Shown here piece by piece: positions 1 to 14,800 of a DNA stretch of 64,000 bases. A model generated the notes under the pieces. It did no database searches, was not told the origin of the DNA, and worked only from the letters and a program-made list of their open reading frames with translations. The stretch spans positions 116,252,001 to 116,316,000 of the forward strand of contig NC_086108.1 of NCBI RefSeq assembly GCF_963921235.1, in the 5' to 3' direction. The first letter of the stretch is position 1, and every line of letters starts with the position of its first letter. Source of the DNA: Mobula hypostoma. Lineage: Eukaryota. The position numbers and the translations under genes are program-made.

Positions 1-3000
1 AGAGATGTCGGGTGATGGGTTTCAGAGACACACAGGGATGTGGGGTGATGGGTTTCAGAGACACACAGGGATGTGGGGTGATGGAGGGTTTCAGAGTCAC
101 ACAGAGATGTGGGGTGATGGGTTTCAGAGACACACAGGGATGTGGGGTGATGGAGAGTTTCAGAGACACACAGGGACGTGGGGTGATGGGTTTCAGAGAC
201 ACACAGGGATGTGGGGTGATGGTGGGTTTCAGAGAAACCCAGGGATGTGGGGTGATGAGTTTCAGAGACACACAGGGATGTGGGGTGATGGGTTTCAGCG
301 ATACACAGGGATGTAGGGTGATGGTCGATTTCAGAGACACACAGGGATGTGGGGTGGAGATTTCAGAGACACTCAGGGATGTGGGGTGATGGACCCTTTC
401 TGAGACTCACTGGGGTGATGGAGGGTTTCAGAGTCACACATAGATGTCGGGTGATGGGTTTCAGAGACACACAGGGATGTGGGGTGATGGACGGTTTCAG
501 AGACACACAGGGATGTGGGGTGATGGGTTTCGGAGACACAGAGGGATGTGGGGTGATGGAGGGTTTCAGAGTCACACAGAGATGTCGGGTGATGGAGGGT
601 TTCAGAGTCACACAGAGATGTCGGGTGATGGGTTTCAGAGACACACAGGGATGTGGGGTGATGGGTTTCAGAGACACACAGGGATGTGGGGTGATGGAGG
701 GTTTCAGAGTCACACAGAGATGTCGGGTGATGGGTTTCAGAGACACACAGGGATGTGGGGTGATGGAGGGTTTCAGAGTCACACAGAGATGTCGGGTGAT
801 GGGTTTCAGAGACACACAGGGATGTGGGGTGATGGTGGGTTTCAGAGACACACATTGATGTGGGGTGATGGAGGGTTTCAGAGACACATAGGGATGTGGG
901 GTGATGGAGGGTTTCAGAGACACCCAGGGATGTGGGGTGATGGTCGGTTTCAGAGACACACAGGGATGTGGGGTTATGGTGGGTTTCAGAGAGACACAGC
1001 GATGTGGGCTGATGAGTTTCAGAGACACACAGGGATGTGGGGTGATGGTGGGTTTCAGAGACACACAGGGATGTGGGGTGATGGGTTTCAGTGACACACA
1101 GGGATGTGGGGTGATGGTCAGTTTCAGAGACACACAGGAATGTGGGGTGATGGGTTTCAGCGACACACAGGGATGTGGGGTGATGGTCGGTTTCAGAGAC
1201 ACACAGGGATGTGGGGTGATGTGTTTCAGAGACACACAGGACTGTGGTGTGATGGAGGGTTTCAGAGACACACAGGGATGTGGGGTAATGGTTTTCAGAG
1301 ACACACAGGGATGTGGGTTGATGGCTTTCAGAGACACACAGGGATATGGGGTTGAGGGTTTCAGAGACACACAGGGATGTGGGGTGATGGAGGGTTTCAG
1401 AGACACACAGGGATGTGGAGTGATGGAGGGTTTCAGAGACACCCAGGGATGTGCGGTGATGGTCGGTTTCAGAGACACACAGGGATGTGGGGTTATGGTG
1501 GGTTTCAGAGACACACACGGATGTGGGGTGATGGGTTTCAGAGACACACAGGGATGTGGGGTGATGGTGGGTTTCAGAGAAACCCAGGGATGTGGGGTGA
1601 TGAGTTTCAGAGAAACACAGGGATGTGGGGTGATGGGTTTCAGCGACACACAGGAATGTAGGGTGATGGTCGGTTTCAGAGACACACAGGGATGTGGGGT
1701 GGAGATTTCAGAGACACTCAGGGATGAGGGGTGATGGACCCTTTCTGAGACTCACTGGGGTGATGGAGGGTTTCAGAGTCACACAGAGATGTCGGGTGAT
1801 GGGTTTCAGAGACACACAGGGATGTGGGGTGATGGAGGGTTTCAGAGACACACAGGGATGTGGGGTGATGGAGGGTTTCAGAGTCACACAGAGATGTTGG
1901 GTGATGGGTTTCAGAGACACACAGGGATGTGGGGTGATGGGTTTCAGAGACACACAGGGATGTGGGGTGATGGAGGGTTTCAGAGTCACACAGAGATGTC
2001 GGGTGATGGGTTTCAGAGACACACAGGGATGTGGGCTGATGGTGGGTTTCAGAGACACACAGGGATGTGGGCTGATGGTGGGTTTCAGAGACACACATTG
2101 ATGTGGGGTGATGGAGGGTTTCAGAGACACATAGGGATGTGGGGTGATGGAGGGTTTCAGAGACACCCAGGGATGTGGGGTGATGGTCGGTTTCAGAGAC
2201 ACACAGGGATGTGGGGTTATGGTGGGTTTCAGAGAGACACAGCGATGTGGCTGATGAGTTTCAGAGACACACAGGGATGTGGGGTGATGGTGGGTTTCAG
2301 AGACACACAGGGATGTGGGGTGATGGGTTTCAGCGACACACAGGGATTTGGGGTGATGGTCGGTTTCAGAGACACACAGGGATGTGGGGTGATGTGTTTC
2401 AGAGACACACAGGACTGTGGTGTGATGGAGGGTTTCAGAGACACACAGGGATGTGGGGTAATGGTTTTCAGAGACACACAGGGATGTGGGTTGATGGCTT
2501 TCAGAGACACACAGGGATGTGGGGTGATGAGTTTCAGAGACACACAGGGATGTGGGGTGATGGGTTTCAGCGACACACAGGAATATAGGGTGATGGTCGG
2601 TTTCAGAGACACACAGGGATGTGGGGTGGAGATTTCAGAGACACTCAGGGATGAGGGGTGATGGACCCTTTCTGAGACTCACTGGGGTGATCGAGGGTTT
2701 CAGAGTCACACAGAGATGTCGGGTGGTGGGTTTCAGAGACACACAGGGATGTGGGGTGATAGAGGGTTTCAGAGAGACACAGGGATGTGGGGTGATGGGT
2801 TTCGGAGACACAGAGGGATGTGGGGTGATGGAGGGTTTCAGAGTCACACAGAGATGTCGGGTGATGGGTTTCAGAGACAGACAGGGATGTGGGGTGATGG
2901 AGGGTTTCAGAGACACACAGGGATGTGGGGTGATGGAGGGTTTCAGAGTCACACAGAGATGTTGGGTGATGGGTTTCAGAGACACACAGGGATGTGGGGT

Positions 3001-6000
3001 GATGGGTTTCAGAGACACACAGGGATGTGGGGTGATGGAGGGTTTCAGAGTCACACAGAGATGTCGGGTGATGGGTTTCAGAGACAGACAGGGATGTGGG
3101 CTGATGGTGGGTTTCAGAGACACACAGGGATGTGGGCTGATGGTGGGTTTCAGAGACACACATTGATGTGGGGTGATGGAGGGTTTCAGAGACACATAGG
3201 GATGTGGGGTGAAGGAGGGTTTCAGAGGCACCCAGGGATGTGGGGTGATGGTCGGTTTCAGAGACACACAGGGATGTGGGGTTATGGTGGGTTTCAGAGA
3301 GACACAGCGATGTGGCTGATGAGTTTCAGAGACACACAGGGATGTGGGGTGATGGTGGGTTTCAGAGACACACAGGGATGTGGGGTGATGGGTTTCAGCG
3401 ACACACAGGGATGTGGGGTGATGGTCGGTTTCAGAGACACACAGGGATGTGGGGTGATGTGTTTCAGAGACACACAGGACTGTGGTGTGATGGAGGGTTT
3501 CAGAGACACACAGGGATGTGGGGTAATGGTTTTCAGAGACACACAGGGATGTGGGTTGATGGCTTTCAGAGACACACAGGGATATGGGGTTGAGGGTTTC
3601 AGAGACACACAGGGATGTGGGGTGATGGAGGGTTTCAGAGACACACAGGGATGTGGGGTGATGGAGGGTTTCAGAGACACCCAGGGATGTGGGGTGATGA
3701 TCGGTTTCAGAGACACACTGGGATATGGGGTGATGGGTTTCAGAGACACACAGGGATGTGGGGTGATGGTGGGTTTCAGAGAAACCCAGGGATGTGGGGT
3801 GATTAGTTTCAGAAACACACAGGGATGTGGGGTGATGGGTTTCAGCGACACACAGGGATGTCGGGTGATGGACCCTTTCTGAGACTCACTGGGGTGATGG
3901 AAGGTTTCAGAGTCACACAGAGATGTCGGGTGATGGGTTTCAGAGACACACAGGGATGTGGGGTGATGGAGGGTTTCAGAGACACACAGGGATGTGGGGT
4001 GATGGGTTTCGGAGACACACAGGGATGTGGGGTGATGGAGGGTTTCAGAGTCACACAGAGATGTCGGGTGATGGGTTTCAGAGACACACAGGGATGTGGG
4101 GTGATGGAGGGTTTCAGAGACACACAGGGATGTGGGGTTATTGTGGGTTTCAGAGAGACACAGCGATGTGGGCTGATGAGTTTCAGAGACACACAGGGAT
4201 GTGGGGTGATGGTGGGTTTCAGAGGCACACAGGGATGTTGGGTGATGGGTTTCAGCGACACACAGGGATGTGGGGTGATGGTCGGTTTCAGAGACACACA
4301 GGGATGTGGGGTGATGTGTTTCAGAGACACACAGGACTGTGGTGTGATGGAGGGTTTCAGAGACACACAGGGATGTGGGGTAATGGTTTTCAGAGACACA
4401 CAGGGATGTGGGTTGATGGCTTTCAGAGACACACAGGGATATGGGGTTGAGGGTTTCAGAGACACACAGGGATGTGGGGTGATGGAGGGTTTCAGAGACA
4501 CACAGGGATGTGGAGTGATGGAGGGTTTCAGAGACACCCAGGGATGTGGGGTGATGGTCAGTTTCAGAGACACACAGGGATGTGGGGTTATGGTGGGTTT
4601 CAGAGAGACACAATGATGTGGGGTGATGAGTTTCAGAGACACACAGGGATGTGGGGTGATGGTGGGTTTCAGAGACACACAGGGATGTGGGGTGATGGGT
4701 TTCAGAGACACACAGGAATATGGGGTGGTGATTTCAGAGACACTCAGGGATGTGGGGTGATGGACCCTTTCTGAGACTCACTGGGGTGTGGGGTGATGGA
4801 GGGTTTCAGAGACACCCAGGGATGTGGGGTGATGGTCAGTTTCAGAGACACACAGGGATGTGGGGTTATGGTGGGTTTCAGAGAGACACAATGATGTGGG
4901 GTGATGAGTTTCAGAGACACACAGGGATGTGGGGTGATGGTGGGTTTCAGAGACACACAGGGATGTGGGGTGATGGGTTTCAGCGACACACAGGGATGTG
5001 GGGTGATGGTTGGTTTCAGAGACACACAGGGATGTGGGATGATGAGTTTCATAGACACACAGGGATGTGGGGTGATGGTGGGTTTCAAAGACACACAGGG
5101 ATGTGGGGTGATGGTGGGTTTCAAGACACACAGGGATGTGGGGTGATGGGTTTCAGAGACACACAGGGTTGTGGGGTGATGGAGAGTTTCAGAGACACAC
5201 AGGGACGTGGGGTGATGGGTTTCAGAGACACACAGGGTTGTGGGGTGATGGAGAGTTTCAGAGACACACAGGGACGTGGGGTGATGGGTTTCAGAGACAC
5301 ACAGGGATGTGGGGTGATGGTGGGTTTCAGAGAAACCCAGGGATGTGGAGTGATGAGTTTCAGAGACACACAGGGATTGTGAGGTGATGGTGGGTTTCAG
5401 AGACACACAGGGATGTGGGCAGATTGAGGGTTTAAGAGACACACAGGGATGTGGGGTGATGGGTTTCAGAGACACCCAGGGATGTGGGGTGATGAGTTTC
5501 AGAGACACCCAGTGATGTAGTGTGATGGGTTTCAGAGACATACAGGGATGTGGGATGATTTTGGGTTTCAGAGACACACAGGGATGTTGGGTGATGGTGG
5601 GTTTGAGAGACACACAGGGATGTGGGGTGATGGAGGGTTTCAGAGACACACAGGGATGTGGGGTGATGGAGGGTTTCAGAGAGACACAGGGATGTGGGGT
5701 GATGAGTTTCATAGACACACAGGGATGTGGGGTGATGGTGGGTTTCAAAGACACACAGGGATGTGAGGTGATGGTGGGTTTCAAAGACACACAGGGATGT
5801 GGGGTGATGGGTTTCAGAGACACACAGGGTTGTGGGGTGATGGAGAGTTTCAGAGACACACAGGGACGTGGGGTGATGGGTTTCAGAGACACACAGGGAT
5901 GTGGGGTGATGGTGGGTTTCAGAAAACCCAGGGATGTGGGGTGATGAGTTTCAGAGACACACAGGGATTGTGAGGTGATGGTGGGTTTCAGAGACACACA

Positions 6001-8809
6001 GGGATGTGGGCAGATTGAGGGTTTAAGAGACACACAGGGATGTGAGGTGATAGTGGGTTTCAGAGACACACAGGGATGTGGGGTGATGGTGTGTTTCAGA
6101 GACACACAGGGATGTGGGTTGATGGAGCGTTTCAGAGACACACAGGGATGTGGGGTGATGGGTTTCAGAGACACCCAGGGATGTGGGGTGATGAGTTTCA
6201 GAGACACCCAGTGATGTAGTGTGATGGGTTTCAGAGACATACAGGGATGTGGGATGATTGTGGGTTTCAGAGACACACAGGGATGTGGGGTGATGGTGTG
6301 TTTCAGAGACACACAGGGATGTGGGTTGATGGAGCGTTTCAGAGACACACAGGGATGTGGGGTGATGGGTTTCAGAGACACCCAGGGATGTGGGGTGATG
6401 AGTTTCAGAGACACCCAGTGATGTAGTGTGATGGGTTTCAGAGACACACAGGGATGTGGGGTGATGGGTTTCAGCGACACACAGGGATGTGGGGTGATGG
6501 TCGGTTTCAGAGACACACAGGGATGTGGGGTGATGTGTTTCAGAGACACACAGGACTGTGGTGTGATGGAGGGTTTCAGAGACACACAGGGATGTGGGGT
6601 AATGGTTTTCAGAGACACACAGGGATGTGGGTTGATGGCTTTCAGAGACACACAGGGATATGGGGTTGAGGGTTTCAGAGACACACAGGGATGTGGGGTG
6701 ATGGAGGGTTTCAGAGACACACAGGGATGTGGAGTGATGGAGGGTTTCAGAGACACCCAGGGATGTGGGGTGATGGTCAGTTTCAGAGACACACAGGGAT
6801 GTGGGGTGATGGTGGGTTTCAGAGAGACACAATGATGTGGGGTGATGAGTTTCAGAGACACACAGGGATGTGGGGTGATGGTGGGTTTCAGAGACACACA
6901 GGGATGTGGGGGGATGGGTTTCAGAGACACACAGGAATGTGGGGTGGTGATTTCAGAGACACTCAGGTATGTGGGGTGATGGACCCTTTCTGAGACTCAC
7001 TGGGGTGTGGGGTGATGGAGAGTTTCAGAGTCACACAGAGATTTCGGGTGATGGGTTTCAGAGACACACAGGGATGTGGGGTGATGGTGGGTTTGAGAGA
7101 CACACAGGGATGTGGGGTGATGGAGTGTTTCAGAGACACACAGGGATGTGGGGTGATGGAGGGTTTCAGAGAGACACAGGGATGTGGGATGATGAGTTTC
7201 ATAGACACACAGGGATGTGGGGTGATGGTGGGTTTCTAAGACACACAGGGATGTGGGGTGATGGTGGGTTTCAAGACACACAGGGATGTGGGCAGATTGA
7301 GGGTTTAAGAGACACACAGGGATGTGGGGTGATGGTGGGTTTGAAAGACACACAGGGATGTGAGGTGATGGTGGGTTTCAAAGACACACAGGGATGTGGG
7401 GTGATGGGTTTCAGAGACACACAGAGATTTCGGGTGATGGGTTTCAGAGACACACAGGGATGTGGGGTGATGGTGGGTTTGAGAGACACACAGGGATGTG
7501 GGGTGATGGAGTGTTTCAGAGACACACAGGGATGTGGGGTGATGGAGAGTTTCAGAGACACACAGGGACGTGGGGTGATGGGTTTCAGAGACACAAAGGG
7601 ATGTGGTGTGATGGTGGGTTTCAAAGACACACAGGGATGTGGGGTGATGGTGGGTTTCAAGACACACAGGGATGTGGGGTGATGGGTTTCAGAGACACAC
7701 AGGGTTGTGGGGTGATGGAGAGTTTCAGAGACACACAGGGACGTGGGGTGATGGGTTTCAGAGACACACAGGGATGTGGGGTGATGGTGGGTTTCAGAGA
7801 AACCCAGGGATGTGAGGTAATAGTGGGTTTCAGAGACACACAAGGATGCGGGGTCATGGAGATTTTCAGAGACACACAGGGATGTGGGGTGATGGTGTGT
7901 TTCAGAGACACACAGGGATGTGGGGTGATGGAGAGTTTCAGAGACACACAGGGATGTGGGGTAATGGGTTTCAGAGACATACAGGGATGTGGGATGATTT
8001 TGGGTTTCAAAGACACACAGGGATGTTGGGTGATGGTGGGTTTGAGAGACACACAGGGATGTGGGGTGATGGAGGGTTTCAGAGACACACAGGGATGTGG
8101 GGTGGAGATTTCAGAGACACTCAGGGATGTGGGGTGATGGACCCTTTCTGAGACTCACTGGGCTGATGGAGGGTTTCAGAGTCACACATAGATGTCGGGT
8201 GATGGGTTTCAGAGACACACAGGGATGTGGGGTGATGGACGGTTTCAGAGACACACAGGGATGTGGGGTGATGGGTTTCGGAGACACAGAGGGATGTGGG
8301 GTGATGGAGGGTTTCAGAGTCACACAGAGATGTCGGGTGATGGGTTTCAGAGACACACAGGGATGTGGGGTGATGGAGGGTTTCAGAGACACACAGGGAT
8401 GTGGGATGATGGAGGGTTTCAGAGTCACACAGGGATGTGGGGTTATGGTGGGTTTCAGAGAGACACAATGATGTGGGGTGATGAGTTTCAGAGACACACA
8501 GGGATGTGGGGTGATGGAGGGTTTCAGAGTCATACAGTGATGTCGGGTGATGGGTTTCAGAGACACACAGGGATGTGGGGTGATGGAGGGTTTCAGAGTC
8601 ATACAGTGATGTCGGGTGATGGGTTTCAGAGACACTCAGGGATGTGGGGTGATGGTGGGTTTCAGAGACACACATTGATGTGGGGTGATGGAGGGTTTCA
8701 GAGACACATAGGGATGTGGGGTGATGGAGGGTTTCAGAGTCACACAGAGATGTCGGGTGATGGGTTTCAGAGACACACAGGGATGTGGGGTGATGGAGGG
8801 TTTCAGAGA

Positions 8810-11800
8810 CACACAGGGATGTGGGGTGATGGAGGGTTTCAGAGTCACACAGAGATGTCGGGTGATGGGTTTCAGAGACACACAGGGATGTGGTGTGATG
8901 GGTTTCAGAGACACACAGGGATGTGGGGTGATGGAGGGTTTCAGAGTCACACAGAGATGTCGGGTGATGGGTTTCAGAGACACACAGGGATGTGGGGTGA
9001 TGGTGGGTTTCAGAGACACACATTGATGTGGGGTGATGGAGGGTTTCAGAGACACATAGTGATGTGGGGTGATGGAGGGTTTCAGAGACACCCAGGGATG
9101 TGGGGTGATGGTCGGTTTCAGAGACACACAGGGATGTGGGGTTATGGTGGGTTTCAGAGAGACACAGCGATGTGGGCTGATGAGTTTCAGAGACACACAG
9201 GGATGTGGGGTGATGGTGGGTTTCAGAGACACACAGGCATGTGGGGTGATGGGTTTCAGTGACACACAGGGATGTGGGGTGATGGTCGGTTTCAGAGACA
9301 CACAGGGATGTGGGGTGATGGGTTTCAGCGACACACAGGGATGTGGGGTGATGGGTTGTGGAGACACACAGGGATGTGGGGTGATGGAGGGTTTCAGAGT
9401 CACACAGAGATGTCGGGTGATGGGTTTCAGAGACACACAGGGATGTGGGGTGATGGAGGGTTTCATAGACACCCGTGGATGTGGTTTGATGGTCGGTTTC
9501 AGAGTCACACAGGGATGTGGGGTTATGGTGGGTTTCAGAGAGACACAATGATGTGGGGTGATGAGTTTCAGAGACACACAGGGATGTGGGGTGATGGTGG
9601 GTTTCAGAGACACACAGGGATGTGGGGTGATGGGTTTCAGAGACACACATGAATGTGGGGTGGTGATTTCAGAGACACTCAGGTATGTGGGTTGATGGAC
9701 CCTTTCTGATACTCACTGGGGTGTGGGGTGATGGAGAGTTTCAGAGTCACACAGAGATTTCGGGTGATGGGTTTCAGAGACACACAGGGCTGTGGGGTGA
9801 TGGAGGTTTCAGAGACACACAGGGATGTGGGGTGATGGAGGGTTTCAGAGAGACACAGGGATGTTGGGTGATGAGTTTCATAGACACACAGGGATGTGGG
9901 GTGATGGTGGGTTTCAAAGACACACAGGGATGTGGGGTGATGGTGGGTTTCAAAGACACACAGGGATGTGGGGTGATGGGTTTCAGAGACACACAGGGAT
10001 GTGGGGTGATGGAGAGTTTCATAGACACACAGGGACGTGGGGTGATGGGTTTCAGAGACACACAGGGATGTGGGGTGATGGTGGGTTTCAGAGAAACCCA
10101 GGGATGTGGGGTGATGAGTTTCAGAGACACACAGGGATGTGGGGTGATGGGTTTCAGCGACACACAGGGATGTAGGGTGATGGTCGATTTCAGAGACACA
10201 CAGGGTTGTGGGGTGGAGATTTCAGAGACACTCAGGGATGTGGGGTGATGGACCCTTTCTGAGACTCACTGGGGTGATGGAGGGTTTCAGAGTCACACAT
10301 AGATGTCGGGTGATGGGTTTCAGAGACACACAGGGATGTGGGGTGATGGACGGTTTCAGAGACACACAGGGATGTGGGGTGATGGGTTTCGGAGACACAG
10401 AGGGATGTGGGGTGATGGAGGGTTTCAGAGTCACACAGAGATGTCGGGTGATGGGTTTCAGAGACACACAGGGATGTGGGGTGATGGAGGGTTTCAGAGA
10501 CACACAGGGATGTGGGGTGATGGAGGGTTTCAGAGTCACACAGAGATTTCGGGTGATGGGTTTCAGAGACACACAGGGATGTGGGGTGATGGGTTTCAGA
10601 GACACACAGGGATGTGGGGTGATGGAGGGTTTCAGAGTCACACAGTGATGTCGGGTGATGGGTTTCAGAGACACTCAGGGATGTGGGGTGATGGTGGGTT
10701 TCAGAGACACACATTGATGTGGGGTGATGGAGGGTTTCAGAGACACATAGGGATGTGGGGTTATGGAGGGTTTCAGAGTCACACAGAGATGTCGGGTGAT
10801 GGGTTTCAGAGACACACAGGGATGTGGGGTGATGGAGGGTTTCAGAGACACCCCGGGGTATGGGGTGATGGAGGGTTTCAGAGTCACACAGAGATGTCGG
10901 GTGATGGGTTTCAGAGACACACAGGGATGTGGGGTGATGGGTTTCAGAGACACACATGGATGTGGGGTGATGGAGGGTTTCAGAGTCACACAGAGATGTC
11001 GGGTGATGGGTTTCAGAGACACACAGGGATGTGGGGTGATGGTGGGTTTCAGAGACACACATTGATGTGGGGTGATGGAGGGTTTCAGAGACACATAGGG
11101 ATGTGGGGTGATGGAGGGTTTCAGAGACACCCAGTGATGTGGGGTGATGGTGGGTTTCAGAGACACACAGGGATGTGGGGTGATGGGTTTCAGTGACACA
11201 CAGGGATGTGGGGTGATGGTCGGTTTCAGAGACACACAGGCATGTGGGGTGATGGGTTTCAGCGACACACAGGGATGTGGGGTGATGGTCGGATTCAGAG
11301 ACACACAGGGATGTGGGGTGATGTGTTTCAGAGACACACAGGACTGTGGTGTGATGCAGGGTTTCAGAGACACACAGGGATGTGGGGTAATGGTTTTCAG
11401 AGACACACAGGGATGTGGGTTGATGGCTTTCAGAGACACACAGGGATATGGGGTTGAGGGTTTCAGAGACACACAGGGATGTGGGGTGATGGAGGGTTTC
11501 AGAGACACACAGGGATGTGGAGTGATGGAGGGTTTCAGAGACACCCAGGGATGTGCGGTGATGGTCGGTTTCAGAGACACACAGGGATGTGGGGTTATGG
11601 TGGGTTTCAGAGAGACACAATGATGTGCGGTGATGAGTTTCAGAGACACACAGGAATGTGGGGTGATGGTGGGTTTCAGAGACACACACGGATGTGGGGT
11701 GATGGGTTTCAGAGACACACAGGGATGTGGGGTGATGGTGGGTTTCAGAGAAACCCAGGGATGTGGGGTGATGAGTTTCAGAGACACACAGGGATGTGGG

Positions 11801-14800
11801 GTGATGGGTTTCAGCGACACACAGGAATGTAGGGTGATGGTCGGTTTCAGAGACACACAGGGATGTGGGGTGATGGAGGGTTTCAGAGTCACACAGAGAT
11901 GTCGGGTGATGGGTTTCAGAGACACACAGGGATGTGGTGTGATGGGTTTCAGAGACACACAGGGATGTGGGGTGATGGAGGGTTTCAGAGTCACACAGAG
12001 ATGTCGGGTGATGGGTTTCAGAGACACACAGGGATGTGGGGTGATGGTGGGTTTCAGAGACACACATTGATGTGGGGTGATGGAGGGTTTCAGAGACACA
12101 TAGTGATGTGGGGTGATGGAGGGTTTCAGAGACACCCAGGGATGTGGGGTGATGGTCGGTTTCAGAGACACATAGGGATGTGGGGTTATGGTGGGTTTCA
12201 GAGAGACACAGCGATGTGGGCTGATGAGTTTCAGAGACACACAGGGATGTGGGGTGATGGTGGGTTTCAGAGACACACAGGCATGTGGGGTGATGGGTTT
12301 CAGTGACACACAGGGATGTGGGGTGATGGTCGGTTTCAGAGACACACAGGGATGTGGGGTGATGGGTTTCAGCGACACACAGGGATGTGGGGTGATGGGT
12401 TGTGGAGACACACAGGGATGTGGGGTGATGGAGGGTTTCAGAGTCACACAGAGATGTCGGGTGATGGGTTTCAGAGACACACAGGGATGTGGGGTGATGG
12501 AGGGTTTCATAGACACCCGTGGATGTGGTTTGATGGTCGGTTTCAGAGTCACACAGGGATGTGGGGTTATGGTGGGTTTCAGAGAGACACAATGATGTGG
12601 GGTGATGAGTTTCAGAGACACACAGGGATGTGGGGTGATGGTGGGTTTCAGAGACACACAGGGATGTGGGGTGATGGGTTTCAGAGACACACATGAATGT
12701 GGGGTGGTGATTTCAGAGACACTCAGGTATGTGGGTTGATGGACCCTTTCTGATACTCACTGGGGTGTGGGGTGATGGAGAGTTTCAGAGTCACACAGAG
12801 ATTTCGGGTGATGGGTTTCAGAGACACACAGGGCTGTGGGGTGATGGAGGTTTCAGAGACACACAGGGATGTGGGGTGATGGAGGGTTTCAGAGAGACAC
12901 AGGGATGTTGGGTGATGAGTTTCATAGACACACAGGGATGTGGGGTGATGGTGGGTTTCAAAGACACACAGGGATGTGGGGTGATGGTGGGTTTCAAAGA
13001 CACACAGGGATGTGGGGTGATGGGTTTCAGAGACACACAGGGATGTGGGGTGATGGAGAGTTTCATAGACACACAGGGACGTGGGGTGATGGGTTTCAGA
13101 GACACACAGGGATGTGGGGTGATGGTGGGTTTCAGAGAAACCCAGGGATGTGGGGTGATGAGTTTCAGAGACACACAGGGATGTGGGGTGATGGGTTTCA
13201 GCGACACACAGGGATGTAGGGTGATGGTCGATTTCAGAGACACACAGGGTTGTGGGGTGGAGATTTCAGAGACACTCAGGGATGTGGGGTGATGGACCCT
13301 TTCTGAGACTCACTGGGGTGATGGAGGGTTTCAGAGTCACACATAGATGTCGGGTGATGGGTTTCAGAGACACACAGGGATGTGGGGTGATGGACGGTTT
13401 CAGAGACACACAGGGATGTGGGGTGATGGGTTTCGGAGACACAGAGGGATGTGGGGTGATGGAGGGTTTCAGAGTCACACAGAGATGTCGGGTGATGGGT
13501 TTCAGAGACACACAGGGATGTGGGGTGATGGAGGGTTTCAGAGACACACAGGGATGTGGGGTGATGGAGGGTTTCAGAGTCACACAGAGATTTCGGGTGA
13601 TGGGTTTCAGAGACACACAGGGCTGTGGGGTGATGGAGGTTTCAGAGACACACAGGGATGTGGGGTGATGGAGGGTTTCAGAGAGACACAGGGATGTTGG
13701 GTGATGAGTTTCATAGACACACAGGGATGTGGGGTGATGGTGGGTTTCAAAGACACACAGGGATGTGGGGTGATGGTGGGTTTCAAAGACACACAGGGAT
13801 GTGGGGTGATGGGTTTCAGAGACACACAGGGATGTGGGGTGATGGAGAGTTTCATAGACACACAGGGACGTGGGGTGATGGGTTTCAGAGACACACAGGG
13901 ATGTGGGGTGATGGTGGGTTTCAGAGAAACCCAGGGATGTGGGGTGATGAGTTTCAGAGACACACAGGGATGTGGGGTGATGGGTTTCAGCGACACACAG
14001 GGATGTAGGGTGATGGTCGATTTCAGAGACACACAGGGTTGTGGGTGTGGAGATTTCAGAGACACTCAGGGATGTGGGGTGATGGACCCTTTCTGAGACT
14101 CACTGGGGTGATGGAGGGTTTCAGAGTCACACATAGATGTCGGGTGATGGGTTTCAGAGACACACAGGGATGTGGGGTGATGGACGGTTTCAGAGACACA
14201 CAGGGATGTGGGGTGATGGGTTTCGGAGACACAGAGGGATGTGGGGTGATGGAGGGTTTCAGAGTCACACAGAGATGTCGGGTGATGGGTTTCAGAGACA
14301 CACAGGGATGTGGGGTGATGGAGGGTTTCAGAGACACACAGGGATGTGGGGTGATGGAGGGTTTCAGAGTCACACAGAGATTTCGGGTGATGGGTTTCAG
14401 AGACACACAGGGATGTGGGGTGATGGGTTTCAGAGACACACAGGGATGTGGGGTGATGGAGGGTTTCAGAGTCACACAGTGATGTCGGGTGATGGGTTTC
14501 AGAGACACTCAGGGATGTGGGGTGATGGTGGGTTTCAGAGACACACATTGATGTGGGGTGATGGAGGGTTTCAGAGACACATAGGGATGTGGGGTTATGG
14601 AGGGTTTCAGAGTCACACAGAGATGTCGGGTGATGGGTTTCAGAGACACACAGGGATGTGGGGTGATGGAGGGTTTCAGAGACACCCCGGGGTATGGGGT
14701 GATGGAGGGTTTCAGAGTCACACAGAGATGTCGGGTGATGGGTTTCAGAGACACACAGGGATGTGGGGTGATGGGTTTCAGAGACACACATGGATGTGGG

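Noticed and set aside
401..409. TGAGACTCA as an AP-1/CRE site
   Set aside because: The spacing does not match TGA(C/G)TCA or TGACGTCA, so no regulatory call is supportable.
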